From positions 2,296,001 to 2,360,000 of the forward strand of contig JASTWF010000033.1 in NCBI GenBank assembly GCA_030390025.1: DNA of 64,000 bases. The letters are read 5' to 3'. Position numbers and translations under genes: made by a program. Positions 39,838 to 54,027 of this stretch are shown here, in pieces. Within the stretch, counting starts at the first letter, position 1. The number at the start of each line of letters is the position of its first letter. The DNA comes from Squalus acanthias. Its lineage: Eukaryota. The notes beneath the pieces were generated by a model. The model was not told the DNA's origin and did no database searches. It saw nothing but the letters and a program-made list of their open reading frames with translations.

Positions 39838-41533
39838 ACTTGCTGACTCAATCTCACAAAAGGACTTTCATTGGCTGCAGTGCATCATTGCACCTTCGAC
39901 AAATTCCATTTTCTTGTCCATAATCCAGCCTGTGCAGCTCATTTCTCCCACAAATCCAGTTTAACTGCCTCAAACCGGCTTCACGCCAGAAATATTCTCC
40001 CTCTCACAAGCGACATGCTCTTTAGCAGTGGCGTCAAATGTGACAACTGCCGTCCCTCAAATATCTGTATTGGATCTTCAACTTTTCACCGTATTTACGA
40101 TTGACTCGGATGGAGCAATTGAGCGATGTAGATCCAAGTTTGAAGATCGCACTAAGTTAGAAGGTCCGGTCGTAGTGCAAATGGGAACGGGAGCAAACCA
40201 AAGGGACAGAGACAGACGGAGTAAGTCGGCAAAACAAAAGGCAAATCGAGTTCACTGTGCCCAAGTGTGACTGCATCCACCTTGCAACATTATGAGATAG
40301 TTCGGAGTATTTTCTAAATAATTGGAACCAATTAACTGTTGAGGAGTAAAGAGGTTTATGAGACCCAGTTCACAAATCATTAGACATGGAGCAAAATACA
40401 GTTTTATTGACCTGGTTAGGAAATTGTTTGCGCGACAGGAGACGCATTTTACGGATAATGATCTGAACTTTATTTGGCAGGATATGACGAGTGCTGTCCG
40501 TGAGGGATCTCTTATGTGGCCTCATCCATTCACCGATTTTATTAACGACTTACTTGATGGGATTGAGAGCCAAACATTCAAGTTTAATGATGACAAAATA
40601 GATAGGCGGCATTATAAGCAGTACAGGTGGAAGCAAGAAATTTGCCCAGATATTCATCGATTATGTGAATGGGCAAATCTGTGGCAAATTGATTTAAATA
40701 TTAGCGAAATGTGATGTCATCCACTTCGGAAATAAAAAGGGGCTTTTAGAATACACTCTATACAATGTTAAGCTGGAAACAGTTGAGATCCAAATAGACT
40801 TAAGGGTCCATGTACATATATCATTTAATGGTCATGGACAGGTACAGAAAGGAATGAAAAAGGCTGAATGAAAGGTGATACTTATGTCTATAGGATGACA
40901 ATATAAGGGGGAGAAATTATGCAACAGCCATACAAAGCACTGGTTAGACCACACCTGGAGTACTGTGTGCAGTTCTGGGCATCACACCTTAGTATTAGGC
41001 TTAAAAAGTGAAGCTTAGATTTACCAGAATGATACACAGAGTCCAAGGGACAAATTACAATGGGAGATTGCACAAACTAGGGATATATTCCTTGGAATTT
41101 AAATGCTGACGTGGTGATTTGATTGAAGTATTCACGATATTAGGTGGAACTGATAGTGTCGATAGAGCGAAGCTATTTCCGATGATTGGCCCGCCTAGGA
41201 GTACGGGACACAGACTCAACATTAGTTCCAAGCCTTTCAGGAGAGAAGTTAGGAAAGGCTTCTACATGGAATGAGTGGCAGAAATTTGTAACACACTTCC
41301 GCAAACAGCATTTAAATCTGGGTCAGTTGGCAATGTTAAACTTGAGATTGACAGATGTTGGTTAACCAAAGTATTAAGGAATCTGGAGCAAAGGGATGCA
41401 AACGGAGTTCGATCGCAGATCCAATTGAACGGCAGAAAGGCTCGAGCGGTTAAAATGCCTTGTTCTGTTGTTATTCTCATTGCTGAAGGATCAGAGCACG
41501 AATGCAGAAATGAATATCGTCATTCAAAAACAG

Positions 41534-41606
41534 CGCCCGAACAGGGACTTGAACCCTGGACCCTCAGATTAAAAGTCTGATGCTCTACCGACTGAGCTAT
41601 CCGGGC
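41534..41606 (-). tRNA. tRNA-Lys(UUU), copy 12
   Basis: Same 73-mer as copy 2, with T5 terminator. Confidence 0.98.
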
Positions 41607-43303
41607 ACTTGCTAATTCAATCTCACAAAAGGACTTTCATTGGCTGCAGTGCATCATTGCACCTTCGACAAATTCCATTTTCTTGTCCATAATCCAGCCT
41701 GTGCAGCTCATTTCTCCCACAAATCCAGTTTAACTGCCTCAAACCGGCTTCACGCCAGAAATATTCTCCCTCTCACAAGCGACATGCTCTTTAGCAGTGG
41801 CGTCAAATGTGACAACTGCCGTCCCTCAAATATCTGTATTGGATCTTCAACTTTTCACCGTATTTACGATTGACTCGGATGGAGCAATTGAGCGATGTAG
41901 ATCCAAGTTTGAAGATCGCACTAAGTTAGAAGGTCCGGTCGTAGTGCAAATGGGAACGGGAGCAAACCAAAGGGACAGAGACAGACGGAGTAAGTCGGCA
42001 AAACAAAAGGCAAATCGAGTTCACTGTGCCCCAAGTGTGACTGCATCCACCTTGCAACATTATGAGATAGTTCGGAGTATTTTCTAAATAATTGGAACCA
42101 ATTAACTGTTGAGGAGTAAAGAGGTTTATGAGCCCCAGTTCACAAATCATTAGACATGGAGCAAAATACAGTTTTATTGACCTGGTTAGGAAATTGTTTG
42201 CGCGACAGGAGACGCATTTTACGGAAAATGATCTGAACTTTATTTGGCAGGATATGACGAGTGCTGTCCGTGAGGGATCTCTTATGTGGCCTCATCCATT
42301 CACCGATTTTATTAACGACTTACTTGATGGGATTGAGAGCCAAACATTCAAGTTTAATGATGACAAAATAGATAGGCGGCATTATAAGCAGTACAGGTGG
42401 AAGCAAGAAATTTGCCCAGATATTCATCGATTATGTGAATGGGCAAATCTGTGGCAAATTGATTTAAATATTAGCGAAATGTGATGTCATCCACTTCGGA
42501 AATAAAAAGGGGCTTTTAGAATACACTCTATACAATGTTAAGCTGGAAACAGTTGAGATCCAAATAGACTTAAGGGTCCATGTACATATATCATTTAATG
42601 GTCATGGACAGGTACAGAAAGGAATGAAAAAGGCTGAATGAAAGGTGATACTTATGTCTATAGGATGACAATATAAGGGGGAGAAATTATGCAACAGCCA
42701 TACAAAGCACTGGTTAGACCACACCTGGAGTACTGTGTGCAGTTCTGGGCATCACACCTTAGTATTAGGCTTAAAAAGTGAAGCGTAGATTTACCAGAAT
42801 GATACACAGAGTCCAAGGGACAAATTACAATGGGAGATTGCACAAACTAGGGATATATTCCTTGGAATTTAAATGCTGACGTGGTGATTTGATTGAAGTA
42901 TTCACGATATTAGGTGGAACTGATAGTGTCGATAGAGCGAAGCTATTTCCGATGATTGGCCCGCCTAGGAGTACGGGACACAGACTCAACATTAGTTCCA
43001 AGCCTTTCAGGAGAGAAGTTAGGAAAGGCTTCTACATGGAATGAGTGGCAGAAATTTGTAACACACTTCCGCAAACAGCATTTAAATCTGGGTCAGTTGG
43101 CAATGTTAAACTTGAGATTGACAGATGTTGGTTAACCAAAGTATTAAGGAATCTGGAGCAAAGGGATGCAAACGGAGTTCGATCGCAGATCCAATTGAAC
43201 GGCAGAAAGGCTCGAGCGGTTAAAATGCCTTGTTCTGTTGTTATTCTCATTGCTGAAGGATCAGAGCACGAATGCAGAAATGAATATCGTCATTCAAAAA
43301 CAG

Positions 43304-43376
43304 CGCCCGAACAGGGACTTGAACCCTGGACCCTCAGATTAAAAGTCTGATGCTCTACCGACTGAGCTATCCGGGC
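43304..43376 (-). tRNA. tRNA-Lys(UUU), copy 13
   Basis: Same 73-mer as copy 2, with T5 terminator. Confidence 0.98.
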
Positions 43377-45072
43377 ACTTGCTAATTCAATCTCACAAAA
43401 GGACTTTCATTGGCTGCAGTGCATCATTGCACCTTCGACAAATTCCATTTTCTTGTCCATAATCCAGCCTGTGCAGCTCATTTCTCCCACAAATCCAGTT
43501 TAACTGCCTCAAACCGGCTTCACGCCAGAAATATTCTCCCTCTCACAAGCGACATGCTCTTTAGCAGTGGCGTCAAATGTGACAACTGCCGTCCCTCAAA
43601 TATCTGTATTGGATCTTCAACTTTTCACCGTATTTACGATTGACTCGGATGGAGCAATTGAGCGATGTAGATCCAAGTTTGAAGATCGCACTAAGTTAGA
43701 AGGTCCGGTCGTAGTGCAAATGGGAACGGGAGCAAACCAAAGGGACAGAGACAGACGGAGTAAGTCGGCAAAACAAAAGGCAAATCGAGTTCACTGTGCC
43801 CAAGTGTGACTGCATCCACCTTGCAACATTATGAGATAGTTCGGAGTATTTTCTAAATAATTGGAACCAATTAACTGTTGAGGAGTAAAGAGGTTTATGA
43901 GCCCCAGTTCACAAATCATTAGACATGGAGCAAAATACAGTTTTATTGACCTGGTTAGGAAATTGTTTGCGCGACAGGAGACGCATTTTACGGAAAATGA
44001 TCTGAACTTTATTTGGCAGGATATGACGAGTGCTGTCCGTGAGGGATCTCTTATGTGGCCTCATCCATTCACCGATTTTATTAACGACTTACTTGATGGG
44101 ATTGAGAGCCAAACATTCAAGTTTAATGATGACAAAATAGATAGGCGGCATTATAAGCAGTACAGGTGGAAGCAAGAAATTTGCCCAGATATTCATCGAT
44201 TATGTGAATGGGCAAATCTGTGGCAAATTGATTTAAATATTAGCGAAATGTGATGTCATCCACTTCGGAAATAAAAAGGGGCTTTTAGAATACACTCTAT
44301 ACAATGTTAAGCTGGAAACAGTTGAGATCCAAATAGACTTAAGGGTCCATGTACATATATCATTTAATGGTCATGGACAGGTACAGAAAGGAATGAAAAA
44401 GGCTGAATGAAAGGTGATACTTATGTCTATAGGATGACAATATAAGGGGGAGAAATTATGCAACAGCCATACAAAGCACTGGTTAGACCACACCTGGAGT
44501 ACTGTGTGCAGTTCTGGGCATCACACCTTAGTATTAGGCTTAAAAAGTGAAGCGTAGATTTACCAGAATGATACACAGAGTCCAAGGGACAAATTACAAT
44601 GGGAGATTGCACAAACTAGGGATATATTCCTTGGAATTTAAATGCTGACGTGGTGATTTGATTGAAGTATTCACGATATTAGGTGGAACTGATAGTGTCG
44701 ATAGAGCGAAGCTATTTCCGATGATTGGCCCGCCTAGGAGTACGGGACACAGACTCAACATTAGTTCCAAGCCTTTCAGGAGAGAAGTTAGGAAAGGCTT
44801 CTACATGGAATGAGTGGCAGAAATTTGTAACACACTTCCGCAAACAGCATTTAAATCTGGGTCAGTTGGCAATGTTAAACTTGAGATTGACAGATGTTGG
44901 TTAACCAAAGTATGAAGGAATCTGGAGCAAAGGGATGCAAACGGAGTTCGATCGCAGATCCAATTGAACGGCAGAAAGGCTCGAGCGGTTAAAATGCCTT
45001 GTTCTGTTGTTATTCTCATTGCTGAAGGATCAGAGCACGAATGCAGAAATGAATATCGTCATTCAAAAACAG

Positions 45073-45145
45073 CGCCCGAACAGGGACTTGAACCCTGGAC
45101 CCTCAGATTAAAAGTCTGATGCTCTACCGACTGAGCTATCCGGGC
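45073..45145 (-). tRNA. tRNA-Lys(UUU), copy 14
   Basis: Same 73-mer as copy 2, with T5 terminator. Confidence 0.98.
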
Positions 45146-46851
45146 ACTTGCTGACTCAATCTCACAAAGGACTTTCATTGGCTGCAGTGCATCATTGCAC
45201 CTTCGACAAATTCCATTTTCTTGTCCATAATCCAGCCTGTGCAGCTCATTTCTCCCACAAATCCAGTTTAACTGCCTCAAACCGGCTTCACGCCAGAAAT
45301 ATTCTCCCTCTCACAAGCGACATGCTCTTTAGCAGTGGCGTCAAATGTGACAACTGCCGTCCCTCAAATATCTGTATTGGATCTTCAACTTTTCACCGTA
45401 TTTACGATTGACTCGGATGGAGCAATTGAGCGATGTAGATCCAAGTTTGAAGATCGCACTAAGTTAGAAGGTCCGGTCGTAGTGCAAATGGGAACGGGAG
45501 CAAACCAAAGGGACAGAGACAGTCGGAGTAAGTCGGCAAAACAAAAGGCAAAACGAGTTCACTGTGCCCAAGTGTGACTGCATCCACCTTGCAACATTAT
45601 GAGATAGTTCGGAGTATTTTCTAAATAATTGGAACCAATTAACTGTTGAGGAGTAAAGAGGTTTATGAGCCCCAGTTCACAAATCATTAGTAGCTGGCAG
45701 ACATGGAGCAAAATACAGTTTTATTGACCTGGTTAGGAAATTGTTTGCGCGACAGGAGACGCATTTTACGGATAATGATCTGTTACTTTATTTGGCAGGA
45801 TATGACGAGTGCTGTCCGTGAGGGATCTCTTATGTGGCCTCATCCATTCACCGATTTTATTAACGACTTACTTGATGGGATTGAGAGCCAAACATTCAAG
45901 TTTAATGATGACAAAATAGATAGGCGGCATTATAAGCAGTACAGGTGGAAGCAAGAAATTTGCCCAGATATTCATCGATTATGTGAATGGGCAAATCTGT
46001 GGCAAATTGATTTAAATATTAGCGAAATGTGATGTCATCCACTTCGGAAATAAAAAGGGGCTTTTAGAATACACTCTATACAATGTTAAGCTGGAAACAG
46101 TTGAGATCCAAATAGACTTAAGGGTCCATGTACATATATCATTTAATGGTCATGGACAGGTACAGAAAAGAATGAAAAAGGCTGAATGAAAGGTGATACT
46201 TATGTCTATAGGATGACAATATAAGGGGGAGAAATTATGCAACAGCCATACAAAGCACTGGTTAGACCACACCTGGAGTACTGTGTGCAGTTCTGGGCAT
46301 CACACCTTAGTATTAGGCTTAAAAAGTGAAGCGTAGATTTACCAGAATGATACACAGAGTCCAAGGGACAAATTACAATGGGAGATTACACAAACTAGGG
46401 ATATATTCCTTGGAATTTAAATGCTGACGTGGTGATTTGATTGAAGTATTCACGATATTAGGTGGAACTGATAGTGTCGATAGAGCGAAGCTATTTCCGA
46501 TGATTGGCCCGCCTAGGAGTACGGGACACAGACTCAACATTAGTTCCAAGCCTTTCAGGAGAGAAGTTAGGAAAGGATTCTACATGGAATGAGTGGCAGA
46601 AATTTGTAACACACTACCGCAAACAGCATTTAAATCTGGGTCAGTTGGCAATGTTAAACTTGAGATTGACAGATGTTGGTTAACCAAAGTATTAAGGAAT
46701 CTGGAGCAAAGGGATGCAAACGGAGTTCGATCGCAGATCCAATTGAACGGCAGAAAGGCTCGAGCGGTTAAAATGCCTTGTTCTGTTGTTATTCTCATTG
46801 CTGAAGGATCAGAGCACGAATGCAGAAATGAATATCGTCATTCAAAAACAG

Positions 46852-46924
46852 CGCCCGAACAGGGACTTGAACCCTGGACCCTCAGATTAAAAGTCTGATG
46901 CTCTACCGACTGAGCTATCCGGGC
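46852..46924 (-). tRNA. tRNA-Lys(UUU), copy 15
   Basis: Same 73-mer as copy 2, with T5 terminator. Confidence 0.98.
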
Positions 46925-48631
46925 ACTTGCTGACTCAATCTCACAAAAGGACTTTCATTGGCTGCAGTGCATCATTGCACCTTCGACAAATTCCATTTTC
47001 TTGTCCATAATCCAGCCTGTGCAGCTCATTTCTCCCACAAATCCAGTTTAACTGCCTCAAACCGGCTTCACGCCAGAAATATTCTCCCTCTCACAAGCGA
47101 CATGCTCTTTAGCAGTGGCGTCAAATGTGACAACTGCCGTCCCTCAAATATCTGTATTGGATCTTCAACTTTTCACCGTATTTACGATTGACTCGGATGG
47201 AGCAATTGAGCGATGTAGATCCAAGTTTGAAGATCGCACTAAGTTAGAAGGTCCGGTCGTAGTGCAAATGGGAACGGGAGCAAACCAAAGGGACAGAGAC
47301 AGACGGAGTAAGTCGGCAAAACAAAAGGCAAATCGAGTTCACTGTGCCCAAGTGTGACTGCATCCACCTTGCAACATTATGAGATAGTTCGGAGTATTTT
47401 CTAAATAATTGGAACCAATTAACTGTTGAGGAGTAAAGAGGTTTATGAGCCCCAGTTCACAAATCATTAGTAGCTGGCAGACATGGAGCAAAATACAGTT
47501 TTATTGACCTGGTTAGGAAATTGTTTGCGCGACAGGAGACGCATTTTACGGATAATGATCTGTTACTTTATTTGGCAGGATATGACGAGTGCTGTCCGTG
47601 AGGGATCTCTTATGTGGCCTCATCCATTCACCGATTTTATTAACGACTTACTTGATGGGATTGAGAGCCAAACATTCAAGTTTAATGATGACAAAATAGA
47701 TAGGCGGCATTATAAGCAGTACAGGTGGAAGCAAGAAATTTGCCCAGATATTCATCGATTATGTGAATGGGCAAATCTGTGGCAAATTGATTTAAATATT
47801 AGCGAAATGTGATGTCATCCACTTCGGAAATAAAAAGGGGCTTTTAGAATACACTCTATACAATGTTAAGCTGGAAACAGTTGAGATCCAAATAGACTTA
47901 AGGGTCCATGTACATATATCATTTAATGGTCATGGACAGGTACAGAAAGGAATGAAAAAGGCTGAATGAAAGGTGATACTTATGTCTATAGGATGACAAT
48001 ATAAGGGGGAGAAATTATGCAACAGCCATACAAAGCACTGGTTAGACCACACCTGGAGTACTGTGTGCAGTTCTGGGCATCACACCTTAGTATTAGGCTT
48101 AAAAAGTGAAGCGTAGATTTACCAGAATGATACACAGAGTCCAAGGGACAAATTACAATGGGAGATTGCACAAACTAGGGATATATTCCTTGGAATTTAA
48201 ATGCTGACGTGGTGATTTGATTGAAGTATTCACGATATTAGGTGGAACTGATAGTGTCGATATAGCGAAGCTATTTCCGATGATTGGCCCGCCTAGGAGT
48301 ACGGGACACAGACTCAACATTAGTTCCAAGCCTTTCAGGAGAGAAGTTAGGAAAGGATTCTACATGGAATGAGTGGCAGAAATTTGTAACACACTTCCGC
48401 AAACAGCATTTAAATCTGGGTCAGTTGGCAATGTTAAACTTGAGATTGACAGATGTTGGTTAACCAAAGTATTAAGGAATCTGGAGCAAAGGGATGCAAA
48501 CGGAGTTCGATCGCAGATCCAATTGAACGGCAGAAAGGCTCGAGCGGTTAAAATGCCTTGTTCTGTTGTTATTCTCATTGCTGAAGGATCAGAGCACGAA
48601 TGCAGAAATGAATATCGTCATTCAAAAACAG

Positions 48632-48704
48632 CGCCCGAACAGGGACTTGAACCCTGGACCCTCAGATTAAAAGTCTGATGCTCTACCGACTGAGCTATCC
48701 GGGC
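48632..48704 (-). tRNA. tRNA-Lys(UUU), copy 16
   Basis: Same 73-mer as copy 2, with T5 terminator. Confidence 0.98.
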
Positions 48705-50399
48705 ACTTGCTAATTCAATCTCACAAAAGGACTTTCATTGGCTGCAGTGCATCATTGCACCTTCGACAAATTCCATTTTCTTGTCCATAATCCAGCCTGT
48801 GCAGCTCATTTCTCCCACAAATCCAGTTTAACTGCCTCAAACCGGCTTCACGCCAGAAATATTCTCCCTCTCACAAGCGACATGCTCTTTAGCAGTGGCG
48901 TCAAATGTGACAACTGCCGTCCCTCAAATATCTGTATTGGATCTTCAACTTTTCACCGTATTTACGATTGACTCGGATGGAGCAATTGAGCGATGTAGAT
49001 CCAAGTTTGAAGATCGCACTAAGTTAGAAGGTCCGGTCGTAGTGCAAATGGGAACGGGAGCAAACCAAAGGGACAGAGACAGACGGAGTAAGTCGGCAAA
49101 CAAAAGGCAAATCGAGTTCACTGTGCCCAAGTGTGACTGCATCCACCTTGCAACATTATGAGATAGTTCGGAGTATTTTCTAAATAATTGGAACCAATTA
49201 ACTGTTGAGGAGTAAAGAGGTTTATGAGCCCCAGTTCACAAATCATTAGACATGGAGCAAAATACAGTTTTATTGACCTGGTTAGGAAATTGTTTGCGCG
49301 ACAGGAGACGCATTTTACGGATAATGATCTGAACTTTATTTGGCAGGATATGACGAGTGCTGTCCGTGAGGGATCTCTTATGTGGCCTCATCCATTCACC
49401 GATTTTATTAACGACTTACTTGATGGGATTGAGAGCCAAACATTCAAGTTTAATGATGACAAAATAGATAGGCGGCATTATAAGCAGTACAGGTGGAAGC
49501 AAGAAATTTGCCCAGATATTCATCGATTATGTGAATGGGCAAATCTGTGGCAAATTGATTTAAATATTAGCGAAATGTGATGTCATCCACTTCGGAAATA
49601 AAAAGGGGCTTTTAGAATACACTCTATACAATGTTAAGCTGGAAACAGTTGAGATCCAAATAGACTTAAGGGTCCATGTACATATATCATTTAATGGTCA
49701 TGGACAGGTACAGAAAGGAATGAAAAAGGCTGAATGAAAGGTGATACTTATGTCTATAGGATGACAATATAAGGGGGAGAAATTATGCAACAGCCATACA
49801 AAGCACTGGTTAGACCACACCTGGAGTACTGTGTGCAGTTCTGGGCATCACACCTTAGTATTAGGCTTAAAAAGTGAAGCGTAGATTTACCAGAATGATA
49901 CACAGAGTCCAAGGGACAAATTACAATGGGAGATTGCACAAACTAGGGATATATTCCTTGGAATTTAAATGCTGACGTGGTGATTTGATTGAAGTATTCA
50001 CGATATTAGGTGGAACTGATAGTGTCGATAGAGCGAAGCTATTTCCGATGATTGGCCCGCCTAGGAGTACGGGACACAGACTCAACATTAGTTCCAAGCC
50101 TTTCAGGAGAGAAGTTAGGAAAGGCTTCTACATGGAATGAGTGGCAGAAATTTGTAACACACTTCCGCAAACAGCATTTAAATCTGGGTCAGTTGGCAAT
50201 GTTAAACTTGAGATTGACAGATGTTGGTTAACCAAAGTATGAAGGAATCTGGAGCAAAGGGATGCAAACGGAGTTCGATCGCAGATCCAATTGAACGGCA
50301 GAAAGGCTCGAGCGGTTAAAATGCCTTGTTCTGTTGTTATTCTCATTGCTAAAGGATCAGAGCACGAATGCAGAAATGAATATCGTCATTCAAAAACAG

Positions 50400-50472
50400 C
50401 GCCCGAACAGGGACTTGAACCCTGGACCCTCAGATTAAAAGTCTGATGCTCTACCGACTGAGCTATCCGGGC
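50400..50472 (-). tRNA. tRNA-Lys(UUU), copy 17
   Basis: Same 73-mer as copy 2, with T5 terminator. Confidence 0.98.
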
Positions 50473-52177
50473 ACTTGCTGACTCAATCTCACAAAGGACT
50501 TTCATTGGCTGCAGTGCATCATTGCACCTTCGACAAATTCCATTTTCTTGTCCATAATCCAGCCTGTGCAGCTCATTTCTCCCACAAATCCAGTTTAACT
50601 GCCTCAAACCGGCTTCACGCCAGAAATATTCTCCCTCTCACAAGCGACATGCTCTTTAGCAGTGGCGTCAAATGTGACAACTGCCGTCCCTCAAATATCT
50701 GTATTGGATCTTCAACTTTTCACCGTATTTACGATTGACTCGGATGGAGCAATTGAGCGATGTAGATCCAAGTTTGAAGATCGCACTAAGTTAGAAGGTC
50801 CGGTCGTAGTGCAAATGGGAACGGGAGCAAACCAAAGGGACAGAGACAGTCGGAGTAAGTCGGCAAAACAAAAGGCAAAACGAGTTCACTGTGCCCAAGT
50901 GTGACTGCATCCACCTTGCAACATTATGAGATAGTTCGGAGTATTTTCTAAATAATTGGAACCAATTAACTGTTGAGGAGTAAAGAGGTTTATGAGCCCC
51001 AGTTCACAAATCATTAGTAGCTGGCAGACATGGAGCAAAATACAATTTTATTGACCTGGTTAGGAAATTGTTTGCGCGACAGGAGACGCATTTTACGGAT
51101 AATGATCTGAACTTTATTTGGCAGGATATGACGAGTGCTGTCCGTGAGGGATCTCTTATGTGGCCTCATCCATTCACCGATTTTATTAACGACTTACTTG
51201 ATGGGATTGAGAGCCAAACATTCAAGTTTAATGATGACAAAATAGATAGGCGGCATTATAAGCAGTACAGGTGGAAGCAAGAAATTTGCCCAGATATTCA
51301 TCGATTATGTGAATGGGCAAATCTGTGGCAAATTGATTGAAATATTAGCGAAATGTGATGTCATCCACTTCGGAAATAAAAAGGGGCTTTTAGAATACAC
51401 TCTATACAATGTTAAGCTGGAAACAGTTGAGATCCAAATAGACTTAAGGGTCCATGTACATATATCATTTAATGGTCATGGACAGGTACAGAAAGGAATG
51501 AAAAAGGCTGAATGAAAGGTGATACTTATGTCTATAGGATGACAATATAAGGGGGAGAAATTATGCAACAGCCATACAAAGCACTGGTTAGACCACACCT
51601 GGAGTACTGTGTGCAGTTCTGGGCATCACACCTTAGTATTAGGCTTAAAAAGTGAAGCGTAGATTTACCAGAATGATACACAGAGTCCAAGGGACAAATT
51701 ACAATGGGAGATTGCACAAACTAGGGATATATTCCTTGGAATTTAAATGCTGACGTGGTGATTTGATTGAAGTATTCACGATATTAGGTGGAACTGATAG
51801 TGTCGATAGAGCGAAGCTATTTCCGATGATTGGCCCGCCTAGGAGTACGGGACACAGACTCAACATTAGTTCCAAGCCTTTCAGGAGAGAAGTTAGGAAA
51901 GGCTTCTACATGGAATGAGTGGCAGAAATTTGTAACACACTTCCGCAAACAGCATTTAAATCTGGGTCAGTTGGCAATGTTAAACTTGAGATTGACAGAT
52001 GTTGGTTAACCAAAGTATTAAGGAATCTGGAGCAAAGGGATGCAAACGGAGTTCGATCGCAGATCCAATTGAACGGCAGAAAGGCTCGAGCGGTTAAAAT
52101 GCCTTGTTCTGTTGTTATTCTCATTGCTAAAGGATCAGAGCACGAATGCAGAAATGAATATCGTCATTCAAAAACAG

Positions 52178-52250
52178 CGCCCGAACAGGGACTTGAACCC
52201 TGGACCCTCAGATTAAAAGTCTGATGCTCTACCGACTGAGCTATCCGGGC
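52178..52250 (-). tRNA. tRNA-Lys(UUU), copy 18
   Basis: Same 73-mer as copy 2, with T5 terminator. Confidence 0.98.
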
Positions 52251-53954
52251 ACTTGCTGACTCAATCTCACAAAGGACTTTCATTGGCTGCAGTGCATCAT
52301 TGCACCTTCGACAAATTCCATTTTCTTGTCCATAATCCAGCCTGTGCAGCTCATTTCTCCCACAAATCCAGTTTAACTGCCTCAAACCGGCTTCACGCCA
52401 GAAATATTCTCCCTCTCACAAGCGACATGCTCTTTAGCAGTGGCGTCAAATGTGACAACTGCCGTCCCTCAAATATCTGTATTGGATCTTCAACTTTTCA
52501 CCGTATTTACGATTGACTCGGATGGAGCAATTGAGCGATGTAGATCCAAGTTTGAAGATCGCACTAAGTTAGAAGGTCCGGTCGTAGTGCAAATGGGAAC
52601 GGGAGCAAACCAAAGGGACAGAGACAGTCGGAGTAAGTCGGCAAAACAAAAGGCAAAACGAGTTCACTGTGCCCAAGTGTGACTGCATCCACCTTGCAAC
52701 ATTATGAGATAGTTCGGAGTATTTTCTAAATAATTGGAACCAATTAACTGTTGAGGAGTAAAGAGGTTTATGAGCCCCAGTTCACAAATCATTAGTAGCT
52801 GGCAGACATGGAGCAAAATACAGTTTTATTGACCTGGTTAGGAAATTGTTTGCGCGACAGGAGACGCATTTTACGGATAATGATCTGTTACTTTATTTGG
52901 CAGGATATGACGAGTGCTGTCCGTGAGGGATCTCTTATGTGGCCTCATCTATTCACCGATTTTATTAACGACTTACTTGATGGGATTGAGAGCCAAACAT
53001 TCAAGTTTAATGATGACAAAATAGATAGGCGGCATTATAAGCAGTACAGGTGGAAGCAAGAAATTTGCCCAGATATTCATCGATTATGTGAATGGGCAAA
53101 TCTGTGGCAAATTGATTTAAATATTAGCGAAATGTGATGTCATCCACTTCGGAAATAAAAAGGGGCTTTTAGAATACACTCTATACAATGTTAAGCTGGA
53201 AACAGTTGAGATCCAAATAGACTTAAGGGTCCATGTACATATATCATTTAATGGTCATGGACAGGTACAGAAAGAATGAAAAAGGCTGAATGAAAGGTGA
53301 TACTTATTCTATAGGATGACAATATAAGGGGGAGAAATTATGCAACAGCCATACAAAGCACTGGTTAGACCACACCTGGAGTACTGTGTGCAGTTCTGGG
53401 CATCACACCTTAGTATTAGGCTTAAAAAGTGAAGCGTAGATTTACCAGAATGATACACAGAGTCCAAGGGACAAATTACAATGGGAGATTGCACAAACTA
53501 GGGATATATTCCTTGGAATTTAAATGCTGACGTGGTGATTTGATTGAAGTATTCACGATATTAGGTGGAACTGATAGTGTCGATAGAGCGAAGCTATTTC
53601 CGATGATTGGCCCGCCTAGGAGTACGGGACACAGACTCAACATTAGTTCCAAGCCTTTCAGGAGAGAAGTTAGGAAAGGCTTCTACATGGAATGAGTGGC
53701 AGAAATTTGTAACACACTTCCGCAAACAGCATTTAAATCTGGGTCAGTTGGCAATGTTAAACTTGAGATTGACAGATGTTGGTTAACCAAAGTATTAAGG
53801 AATCTGGAGCAAAGGGATGCAAACGGAGTTCGATCGCAGATCCAATTGAACGGCAGAAAGGCTCGAGCGGTTAAAATGCCTTGTTCTGTTGTTATTCTCA
53901 TTGCTAAAGGATCAGAGCACGAATGCAGAAATGAATATCGTCATTCAAAAACAG

Positions 53955-54027
53955 CGCCCGAACAGGGACTTGAACCCTGGACCCTCAGATTAAAAGTCTG
54001 ATGCTCTACCGACTGAGCTATCCGGGC
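53955..54027 (-). tRNA. tRNA-Lys(UUU), copy 19
   Basis: Same 73-mer as copy 2, with T5 terminator. Confidence 0.98.
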
